The notes beneath the pieces are model-generated. The model saw nothing but the letters and a program-made list of their open reading frames with translations. It made no database searches and was not told where the DNA came from. Of a stretch of DNA of 64,000 nt, positions 48,201 to 60,200 are shown one piece after another. Every line of letters starts with the position of its first letter. The first letter of the stretch is position 1. This DNA comes from Aplysia californica (taxonomy: Eukaryota): assembly GCF_000002075.1 (NCBI RefSeq), contig NW_004797282.1, forward strand, positions 641,813 through 705,812, read 5' to 3'. The translations under genes were made by a program, and so were the position numbers.

Positions 48201-51200
48201 ATCCGACTATTGGAGATTTTTCAGCCCATAGCCATAGTACAACTATTTTTGACGTCTATGATGAATTTCTTCTTACAGAGCATATGGTCTTTGCCTTTCT
48301 GAAGCCATATGCCATTTATGATGTTTTATTCAAACATGTTTATGCAGACATTTGTCTTTGTGGGGTCAAGAGATAGACCACCAAGGTTGAACCTTTCCTG
48401 TAAAGCTAATTTTCATTCTCATAAGCATAGAACACATCAGAAAAAAACAACTTTGATAAGCTTTTGAAGGTGTATTAATGAAACAAAAAGGCAAGTAAAT
48501 TGTTTGGATGACGATATTTTTCCAGGCAAGACGTCCTGCTCAAGGTCACCAAGACGTTTTTGTGTGAGCGTTACTCGGACCAGATTGCTCTGTTTCTGCT
48601 TCCGGCAATGGCCTATGGGAAGTATCCGTTCCCTTTTGTGGAGCTCATCCAAACTTTGATCCAGGGAACAACTCCTGCAGGCAGCTCTGCTGGCAGTCCA
48701 CCACAAGCGTCGGCAGAACTGGGAGGGAGTGTGAGTGATGGAGACTCCCCGTGGCTACTGGCTTCTGTCCTTATGCTGGCGAATAAAGAACTGGGTAAGA
48801 GAGTTGCTGTGGTGTTGTCTCTCATAGCTGGCACTTTTCCGTTAAATAGAAGAAACTCCACTACCTCCGCTTCATCTAGCTTTTCCCGCTACTTTCCTCC
48901 TTTCACTGCTGGACCACTCTCGGTAGCAAATTTAGGTACTTTTTTTTTTACACACGGAAAACACAGATCGGAGAGTGAGATGAAAACGTGGCTTGCGCTT
49001 GCCAGCCCTTAGCTTCCTACTTCCGTTCAGTGCCTAGCGCTAAGTTTCATATTGTTTATTGTGGGGCGACAGTGTCAACTGTCGATCGAGCAATGGGACG
49101 ATGGCAAGCCGAATTGCCATTGAAAACTGCGGACATTCGAGAGAAAAAATTGATACAGAATGCTAGAAATAAATAGATCTGGATTGAGGAAGAAGCAGAT
49201 GGTGTGCGACTTCAAAAGTTTATTAGAAAATTGAACAAGCCGGGTGCTGCACTTTGCGTTTGGTGCGATAAAGAAATCTCGTACCGTCGCAAATGTGTTG
49301 CCTTCTTAAGGGGGCTCGTGGGCAGTGTCTTGGGCCTCTGGGAGTGATTTTCACTCATGTTTAACCTTGTTTTTCTCAAAACACACTTTTTCACCAGTTT
49401 TTGCTTGCATACGCCGATTTTTTTTCCACCATTTTTAAAATTTACTTACAGAGAGACTTGAAAATTGGCATGTAGTTAAAGATATGGTTTGTACTTGTAG
49501 TGGGCTTGTTAGTTTTTTACGTTTTGTTTTTGAATATTTTTTACAGATTTTTTTCATGCCGAAATTTTTTTTAAAAGATCAAATTCCATATTCCCAAAGT
49601 ACAGAACGATTTTTGATTACTTTCTAAGTATAGTATCAAAAATCAAAATAGCCAGCTGCAAGTACCTATTATTTGTGACATTTTGCAAGTTGCACAATTT
49701 TTAAAAGTTAAAAACTAGAAATGGTGGAGAAAAAAATTTCTATCCAATTTTCATGATGGCTGCTGTTTCCATGGCAACGGCTTACGTAATCGAGTGTGTC
49801 AACAGTTGAACCTGAATATTTTGTCTCGTACTTACTGCCTGTGACAAAATTTGTTTCAGTTTGTCTTTAGTTAAAAATGTTGTCCGGTAAATATTGAGCC
49901 CCCTTAATCCAATACTGCTCTACATCGTTGCACAAGTCGAAAGTGAAAGGAATCTTTTTATGAGACACTTGCTGGCAACAAACAGTGGGTTTTTTGTCAC
50001 CAAACTGGTGAAATGCTTGTTAGTGTCTTGGTTATTATTCAAATTCATTTTATTACAGTAATGTTAACAAATATGACACTTTTCTTTTCCAACAACATAG
50101 ATGTTCATAGTTATTGCGTCTGGATCTCACTGGTGTTACTCCGGCCTTCGGAGAGTGCGCGCTCGCCTTTGCGTAATTTTCCTCCTTTTTTGAAATTCCT
50201 GAGTGGCAGCTATGGTCTCTGTACAAAATGTTCTTTTGGTCTTGAAGTAATAGTTTTCCTTTTTCTTTGCTCATGGTGTTCTTGTGCTTTTGAAGTAATC
50301 ATTTTACTGTGAAATTGTCGCCACTGACTGAAGTTGTCTTTAAACCATTCCCAAAGTGGTGATATTAACATGTTCTTATCAGACCGAAGGGCTAGAACCC
50401 AAATGGCCGCTGAATCGGAAAAGTAACATGTTCTTATACACAGGAACAACATAGGGGGAACTGCTGCTTTCTCTTTCCTCATCCTTTTCAAGCATAGGGC
50501 TGCATTTGTGTTACATGTGTCAATTTGAAGACAGACATGCGTTTCTGTTATGAGTGTCTATTTAGGGAGGGCACAGAGTTTTTTAAGAGAGCCCATTAGG
50601 GTCACACTACTCTGGTTAATTTTATCATCGCTGCCTCAATTATGTGATGATTTATTTTTTGGCGGGTGCTCTGGTGTGGTTTGCTCCTTCTTTAGTGTCA
50701 AACATCTATTTTCCTTATTTCTCCTAATTCTTTTTAGGTGCTCTCTTGTAGCACCTCTAATCTTTGGCACTTATATGAACTAATTGTGTTGCAAGTGCTA
50801 TCAAACTCCTACTAAAAACAAAAATATTATTTATGTACTCCCTGTGGCTTTTGTGTGTTTTGCTCAAAGCTATTTCACTTTAAGATGTGTGGGGTATGGG
50901 AAAAGTTTCACTCATTGTTTTCCCAAATAGGATGTTGTCATGTTTAAAGGTTTAAAGGATGTTTTTTCATCTTGTACCTTCAAGTGTCCAATCAAGTGAC
51001 TTCAAGTGGGTGGTTGGCGAGTGCTCTGGTGTGGTTTGCTTCTTTTTTTCTATCAAACATCTGCTGTCCTGATCTCTCCTGCTTTTTTGTGTTTGTTACT
51101 CTCTTGTAACATCTCAAATCTTCGGCACTTATATGACCTTATTATTGTGTTGCAAGTGCCGTAAAACTTTTACTAAAACTAAAACACCTTCAGATAACAT

Positions 51201-54200
51201 GCTGATGTGGCCTCATAAAAATTGTGTTCCCCAGACAACCTGGATGTGAAAACGTGTGCTCTGTACCTGAGACTGTTACAGAGATTACTTCTTCAGCTGC
51301 CCCCTGCCAAGAACTCTTTTCTCTCTGGCTCCAAAGACACGTCAGACTCTGAAGATGATCTTGAGGAAGATATGGTATGGATATTTGTTTATTTTGTAAT
51401 ATTTTTAACCTGTGAATGGCTTTATGTTATAGTTTTATCTGGGTGTGTGTAGGCGATGGGAATTGTCTTTCCAATTTTTTTTCATTTTGTATCCTTGATA
51501 AAAATTACAAACTATGTATTTTTGAAAAATTTATACTCATTTCTTGGCCTGTTTGTGTAAAGTTACACAAAACTAGTCTGCAGAAGGCTCAAGTCTTGTT
51601 CTGTTGTTTTGTTCTTAAATGACCTTTGACCCATCAGTTGATTTTAATGCAGAGAACCACAAATTAATTTTCTTTAGATTGCTTTTTTTGACCAGCGGTT
51701 TGCCACTCTGTCTTACTGCCCTTGTCCTTGCCGTCAGGATATTGGCATGACGAGCCTGGCAAACCTGCACATGGAGTGTCTGCGAATGTTGGACTCGGAG
51801 GCTCACCTCAAGTGCATCTTTGGCTGCCTCATGAGCCTGCCTGCCTCGGACTACATTGAATCTTTGGCCTCTCTCTCGCACTGTCTGCTGGCTCATCAAA
51901 AAATGGCTCTCCATAAAGTGAGGTGAGTTGTTGATATTAAAAGTTTAACAACAAATGGTATTTTACTTGTCTCTGAATTCATTTCATATTGAAAGAGAGT
52001 TGGCCTTTATTTTGATGTTTCAACATATATTCATATAATACATAAAACTAAGCAATGGCTACAGTGTCATTGGATAATCAAATATATTGCTTGTGACTTT
52101 GAAAATGGAATATGAAGTCTTGTGAGAACTTGGACATTATGCAACTCCTCTTGCAGAGAAAAACTTTAATTTAGAAAATATAGACATTCTCAGCCCAATG
52201 TTTAGCAGCTTTTTCAAAAACGGTTTTCGTTTTTGCTGTTCAAAGTATAGTGAGCGTCTTCCAATGATAATTTATTTTCAGATTGTTGTATGTCCTGGCA
52301 TTCAACTCTCACTTCATGAGAGGTCTGTGGGATGCATGCATGAGGGTCTCTATCCCCACTGTCACAAGGTCAGTGTGTTTTGTTTTCTCCCACTGTATAA
52401 TATTTACAGATATGTGGTTTCCAGGGTGTCCAGCAAAGTCGTAAAGTCGTAAAAAAGTCGTAAATTCGGCGCCCTGGTCTTAAAGGTCGTAAACGGTCGT
52501 AAATTTGCCGTGGTGGTAGTAAACTGCCGGTGGTCCGGTCGTAAATACGGCCGGCAGTCCGGTCGTAAATTCCGGTAAGACTTTTCAGTGAACGGAATCA
52601 CTCTCCAGTGAACGGAGTCATTGCCGCGGGACTCGGCGATAACCAAGTCCATCTTTGTAGTCCGCGCATGTGTCTGCGCATTGTTTCAGATGGCGCTGCA
52701 GTCTTTATTTTGAAGCTCTCTTTCGTTTTTCCAGAAGAAAAATAGGAATAGCACATTAGCACAGCCTTTTAGTTTCACTTTTTAATCTAGTGGCGAGCGA
52801 GCACGCGATTGCCTGCCTATCCTCCATTGTGAAGACTGGACTTCGTTATTTTCGTTTCAACCGGCCAGGACAACTTTGATCTAGTTCAAGTTTAGGACTG
52901 AATCAAAAGGATTCCTTATTTTTGTTTATACGGTGTTGCAGTCAATTTCACTAATGGGAAAGTGCTATTTCAACCGCGAGTGGCTGAAAGATGATCGTTT
53001 TGCCGAGTGGCTGGGCCAAGTTCCAAACAACCCTGGTCTGTTTTTCTACAGAGTTTGCAAACAGCAGGGTTCGATAGGCACAAATGGCGTTAAAGCCTTA
53101 TTGTCACATTCAAAAGCAGCGAAGCATAGATCCTCCTTGCAAGCAGCCAATGAATCCCATGTCATGTTCAGTTTTGTGAAAAGCAAGGATGTGTTCACGA
53201 ACAGTAAGTCACAGACTCAAGCTCAATCAACTGATGACACAACTCAACAACCTTCCCAGCCCCAAAAATCCACAACTAAAACCTCCACAACTGAGACCGT
53301 TGCAAAATCTGGCACCTTAGATGCACACATATGTGATGAAAAAACTCTGATGGCAGAAGTGAGATGGGTCCTTCATCTTGTTGGCTCTCATTCCAGCGCG
53401 AGGAGTTCGGATGATGTGTCAGAACTTTTTCCTGTCATGTTCAGTGACTCAAGGATTGCACAGCAGTTTCAATGTGGGCGAACAAAAGCAGGGTACCTAG
53501 CTGCGTTTGGACTCGCACCAGTTCTTCTCGAGGAAATTGAAAAACAGATCAGAGGTGTTCACTGTTACACCATTCTGTTTGACGAAAGCTTTAATTCTGA
53601 ACTTCAGAAAAAACAAATGGATGTTCATGTGAGGTTTGTTTTGGACCATGTGGTGCAATCAAAATACTACACATCTTTTTTCATGGGCCACGCCAAAGCA
53701 GTGGACATTGAAAAGAACATTAAGGATGCAGTTGGGAAACTTGGAAATGAGAGATTGCTTCAAATTTCCATGGATGGACCCAACGTGAATTTAAAAGTAT
53801 TCAAAGATCTTTCTGTTGAACTAGAGAAAACTAAGAAGTGTCAGTTGGTGAACATAGGAACATGCGGTCTCCACGTCCTCCACAATGCATGTAAGGATGG
53901 GATGAAAGCGTCGGGCTGGGAACTGGACTCCCTGCTCAGGTCCGTGTATTACCTGTTTCAGGAGTCCCCTGCACGACGGGAAGACTTTTTCAAAATAACT
54001 GGCTCGGCAACCTTGCCACTTCCATTTTGTGGCCACAGGTGGCTTGAAAATAAAGGGACAGTTGAACGTTTGTTGTCTGTCCTCCCACAGATAAAGAAGT
54101 ACATAAACGCCTGTAAAGATGGTCAAGCATCAGAGCCCCTATGCAAGTCATACAAGACCATCTGTTCATTCACAACAATTAAGTCCAAAAGCGTGTCTGA

Positions 54201-57200
54201 CAGGGATGTATTAACAGTTAGACTAGATTTCAAGAAAATGTGCACTCATGTGATTGCCAAGATAGTTGACAAAAGTCCAATCGCCTACAAGTTTGCTTGT
54301 GACTTGACCTGTCTCAACCCGAGAAATTTTACATGCACAGGCGCTTCAGAGAGATTTGCTGATGTTGCAAAATATCTGCATGTAAAAAGGTGGCTCTCAG
54401 CTGAGGAAGTGGACGATGCCATCTTCCAGTTTCAGGAATTGAGAAAGTTGTATGAAGATGATGGTGAAGTAGTCAGACTCGATGAAGTTTTCAAAAGGAT
54501 TGACTTGACAAGCATGCCTGCTCTGAGAAAAGTAATTAACATCATTCTTACCCTGAGCCATGGAAATGCGGAAGTTGAAAGAGGATTTTCTGTCAACAAA
54601 GAGGTCTCGGTAGAGAACATGGCAGAGAAAACAATCATAGCAAGACGAGTCGTCTGCCAATTCATCAAGAGTCATGGTTCTCCTGCAACTGTGCCACTGA
54701 ATAAAGCTCTGTTGACTTCCTGCAGTGGGGCATATAAGACATACAAAGCAGCCCTGGATGAGCAAAGAGAAATGAAAAAAATGGGAGAAAAGACCAACGG
54801 AAAGAAGAGAAAAGCAGAAGACTTGAAGAAAATGAACTGTAAGAGGAAGAAATTGGAACTGAACATTGACATGTTGGTCAGAAAAGCAGATGAAATGGCA
54901 GAAGAAGCAGAAACATGTCGTGCAACCAAGGCTCATGAGCTCATTGTTCAAAGCAATGCAATTCGTAAGGAGTCAAAGGCTAAGAAAATGGAGCTCTCTG
55001 AACTCAACACTTCCATCAAAGCCTTGGAGTGTGAGCTTGAACTATAAAGGTGCAAGTCGAGTAGAATCAGTTTTGTATATAGTGTATATATTAGCTGTTG
55101 TTACTACGTGGATCCTATATTGTTTATCAGGGTATTGATTATTCAAGCAAATTTCTGTGAGTTAAGATTATAAACACATTGAAGCCATCTCACCCATAGG
55201 ACTATTATTCACTGTTGAGCCCACCCATGTATAGAAAGAAATGACTATAATGAATACTAATACTTGAGAATCCCTTGGAGATACTGAGAGGTTTCCTGAG
55301 GAAGACAAATTACATTGGAAGTGGAATGGTGAAGGCACCCAAATTCATGGACCTTGAACTGGATAAGCTACTGTTGGATCATGCCATTACTAGTACAAAT
55401 TCTAAGACCCTGTATTGGATTATCAGCCCACTCCACAAGAAAACCAAACTCTGGCGCCTATTGGATTATTACAGTTGAGTGTAAAGACAAGAAAACCAAA
55501 CTCTGGAGCCTATACTGGATTATTTACAGTTGAGCCTTCCCTTGTCAAGAACTAAAAGTCACCTGGATTGAAGTTACGACAGAATTTGAGGTGAGAAATC
55601 TTTTGTTTACTGTCTTGTAACGGTCTGTAATTAAAAAAATACTATATGTTATTGATGGCGCAAATGAAGCTTTCGAGCCGGTGTGGGACTTGATTTGCTG
55701 GGTAGTAAATTTCTTTTCCAGGTAGTAAATTTTTTCAGGCAAAACTGCTGGACACCCTGGGTTTCAGTACTATGAATCATATCTGGAATGAGTGAACGGG
55801 TTGTTGTTCCTGTGGTGTAGATTTCTCCTTTTTTATATATGTATATATTTTACTATTATTGAAGTCTATTTTCAAGCTTAATGTGGCGGTGTAGGTTTTA
55901 GTAAAAAGAAGCGCATCAGCAACATGATTGTTGTCATTAACTGGGGGAAAAGTTTAAAAGACAGAAACAGCAGAAGGAAAGAAAAAAGTAAGACTTACAG
56001 TGGCACCCCCTGACCGCCTGGGATTTGATTGTTGCTGTGCTGATTTTTTAGTAACCTATTGTGCTACTCAAATGGAATGAGTATCCCTTTCCATGTTACA
56101 GTGCTTATAAGTATTTGAAATTCTCATTCTGTCAAGGTTCAGAATTGTGCGAGAATAAAAATCTTTTTATGTAGGTTATGGAGTAACATTCTTGAGGAGT
56201 GACTATATCCAGGGTTTGGAGGTTGGGAGTGTTTTGGAAAAAACTAAAATTCATTCTGATTCATTGATATGTGTTGATTGAATCTTTTGGCTTTTCCCCC
56301 CCTTATAATGATGTCTGTAGCTCCTGTTCCAAATGCTTACTTTAAAGTTACAATATTGTTTACAGGTCAAGCACATCATTGCTGAACATGCTGTCCAAGG
56401 GAGTGCCCATGTCACAGGAGAACATCCAGCGGATTGTGCCGCTGCTCTCCACATTCTGCTGTCTCTTCAACCACTCTCTTCTCACCATTCATGACGCAGA
56501 CTTCTACGGTGAAACAGAAAGTGAGTTAATGATAGTGTACGAATGATGCTTCTCTGAAGAGTTTCAAAACTACTGTCATTGTTCTCATTCCTAAGATGTC
56601 ATTTTGTGTTTAACAGTACATGCCCCGACATATGGATATAATATCAATTTGCCTTTTCTCCTACAATTTTTAGAGATTTTGGATATCTTCAAAGCGCTAT
56701 GTTAAGGCCCAACTAGGAATTTGGTCAGAATAACCGAGACTTTCCTTTTATTATGGCCTACCACCATGCCATAAAACAATGTTTATATACCTAAAATTTC
56801 AAGTTTTGTCAAAGAAAGTGTGATGTGAGCCAGAAAAAGACATGAGGTTTTCTTTTGCTCAAATCTGTGAAAATGACTTGGGGGGCATTATCAGAATGTA
56901 CTACATCCAATGATAATTTCTAATGGACATGGAAAAGACTTACTGTCTATTTTTTGAGAATGAGTGGGATATGTCCTTTTTTCAAGATTGATCCGATCTG
57001 GTTATAAGATCATTGCATAAGCTTCACATTGTGTCGATGGGTCCGCACCATTTGTTGTAAAATTTTATTATTTTGTTACAGATATAGTAGAACTGCATGT
57101 TTGCCGACAATCGTCTGAAATCCGACAATCGCGACCCGACCCGCGAACCGGCCGATGCTATCGCTAGGCCCGCCTGTATCAGTCAATGTGCGTAGTGCGA

Positions 57201-60200
57201 GGCCTGGCCGACTGCCGGCGACCCCTTTTTCTCTCGTCGGCACTTTCGTTTTCGTGCCGACCGCCGACGCGTGCACCGCCGACTTCCGACGTCGGCGTTT
57301 CCGACATAATTGTCGGAACCTAGATTTAAGTAGAAATGCGAATACGAAAAAGGAGGACAACTTAAATTATCTACTTTCAGTTTCGTGCTCGAGCGGCCAT
57401 TTTGAATTTCGTTTGTTGACTAATTCAATTGTTCAGATCGTGTGGATTCATTCAAGTCCGACTCTCTTGTTCTAATAGAATCTAGATCTAGATTTATATA
57501 GATCATTATAGACCTCAATGGAGGATTCATATTCCAATTCTATTGTGTCAAACCCTATCATAGGTTGTGCTGTAATATTAATATTGGTAAAAATAAGCAT
57601 TTCATCAGGTGCGTGAATTATTTATTTATTTAGATCTATCTAGATCTAGATCTAGAATCTAGACTCAGCTGAGTCCCTCTGTTCGGAATCGGATGCAGAT
57701 TTCTAGTTCAAGGCCTATTCCTATTCACTTGTTCTACAAGATCTAGATCTAGATCTAGATTTATTTAGATTACTAGATCTATATGGAGGATTCATATTCC
57801 AATTTTATTGTGTTATTGTATCAAACCCTATAGCAATGTAGATGTAAGCCATATAGATCTAGAATCTAGATCTAGATCTAGATTCTATATGCTCCTTGTT
57901 TGTTTTGGAGTGTGGTTTTTTAATTTAAAATATTTTTTTTTCATTTAGGACTTGTTTTGGCCTTTTTACATAAGGCCCGTTGCAGGTTCTTTTTGGGGGT
58001 CGGGTTAGGGTTAGGTCTCTTCTTTATTGTGTTTGTTGGGGTGGTCGCTCGTTACTCGGATGTCCTTCCTTATGACACCCACAAAGTCTTTTTTGGGGGG
58101 GGGGTTGCTCAAAATTTTCAGACATTATGGTTGAGGCTCACATGCAGGTCTAATATAGATATTTCTTAATTTTATGTGAAATTTAGTTAAACAACTTATT
58201 TTCATGACTTTTGAAAGCTTTTTGTTGTGTGCATTTTAGATGTCCCTTTGCTTTTCAGCATCTTTGTCTAGCATGCCGTTCACTTTGGATGAAGTCGTCC
58301 CAATGTGTCGTGCTCTAAGAGATTGTTGCTTGGGCATAATCGAGTTGGCACATCCAGATTCCAGAGTTGCCATGAGCGATGATTACATCCAGGTCAGTCA
58401 CATTTAAGTTTGGGAAACTTTAAATTCTTTATGATTTGTTAATTTTTTCACATCTTTATTCTTATAGTTGTTTGAAGCCATTCTGTGGGGGTTTTTTCAT
58501 GGCAGAGTCTGTGGTTATAAGGCCCTAATAGAAATTTCCAGGCATACTAAATGATAACAATAAAGTACCAAAATCGTTTAATTGATGCTAATAAGGTCGA
58601 TTTTATTATTTTAAAAAAATAGTTTTTGAAGCAGGTAAAAAGTATCCTTTTGTCCAAGACTAAACAATTTTTATCATTAGGTGGTTTCCTTTTTTGTAAA
58701 CTTGAGAATAGTAATGGAATATGAGTAGACTGGTTTCTAATTTGATGTAAGCCTTAGTACTTTATGAAGATTGTTTTTATTTTTTTCATAATTGCTTTCT
58801 TGATGCAGGCCCTTCAGAAGACTGGAGTTCTGAACAAGAGCAACAAGGATGAGGAAGTTGTAGAGCAGACTCGTCTTTGGGCGTACCTTTTCAAGGTTTG
58901 TGGCTTCTTTACACAATAACATGATGTTGTCTATTGATTTTCCTTGTTGCCTGTGAAAGTGTGCTGTAATGAGACGAATGAATACAAATTATCCGGTCTT
59001 GTCACTTGTAGCTATAACAGTAATCAAAAGCTGAACGTTGCTGGTTGGTGGGTGCTCTGGTGTGGTTTGCTTCTTTTTTCCTATCAAACATCTGTCGTCC
59101 TTATCTCCCCTTCTTCTTTTTTTATGTTTGTTACTCTCTTGTAACACCTCTTATCTTCTGGTGCTCATATGACCTAATGCAGTTGTGAGCACCGTAAAAC
59201 CTCTACTAAAACTAGTACTAAAAGCTGAATAATTGTTTTCATTTCATGGATCCTTTAACATGTAGGCCTATAATGCACTTCACAACTTTTCCTATACAAA
59301 TTGTATTTTCGACGTTGGGTATGACCTCAGATAGCACTAACCATGTTTTTGAATAGGACATGATTTACTGTGCTACCTCAGCATATGTGTTCATGTGTTC
59401 CTAGAAGGATTGTTTTTTGTGTGAAACCATCATAGTGCAGTTCGTGTAAGCATAGTACAGTTGAAATTGCCTAAGGCAGCCTCCTGTTGTTGAGGAGAAA
59501 AGTGGTCATTGAAGACAGGTGTATTCCCTGCACCATGTCATTATAATATTTTTTTTTAAACGCAAGTGGGGAGTGGTTGTTTGTACAGGTGATTGTCTTG
59601 GACAGGTGGCCGCTAGAGCAGGTCTGACTGTATGAGTTAATTTTTTGTCCTCCAACAACTGTTTTTGTTTTTTCTGTTTGACCCGTCTCAGTTTTTGTAA
59701 TTCCTGTTGCTATTGTATTCTATTATAATATATCTTTAATGCCACTTATTCCTTTGTTCACACTGCCCAGGTGATATCGACTTTGGTTAGACAGCTGCAC
59801 AGCCGAGACAGTCGTCGTCCTTTTTGTCCCTACGGCCACTGGCTCGCCCCCAACGTCAACATTCGCACAGATAGGGTAAGCTTGTTCAGCCTTAACATAT
59901 TGATGGTGTTTTGGTTTAACACTAACTGGAAGAATAATGTGATATTTTTTGGGGGGGATTATTATTATTTGCTGAGGTTGATCTGCTGGTTTTCCATTAC
60001 AACCCCCCCCCACCCCACCCCCACCCCCACAGGAGTTTGCGGGCAATTATGAAAAGTATAAGAATTCTGTAGGCTCTAACTTAAATGTCTTCTCTGATCA
60101 TTAAAATAAAAAGGTGATTTTTTTAAGGGTTTTTTTTTTTTCGCCATTTGGAAAATTTTAAAGGAACATTTACATAGAGCATAACACTATTACCATGTTG

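Noticed and set aside
53821-54951. Antisense ORFs over the transposase
   Set aside because: Shadow frames of the long + strand ORF
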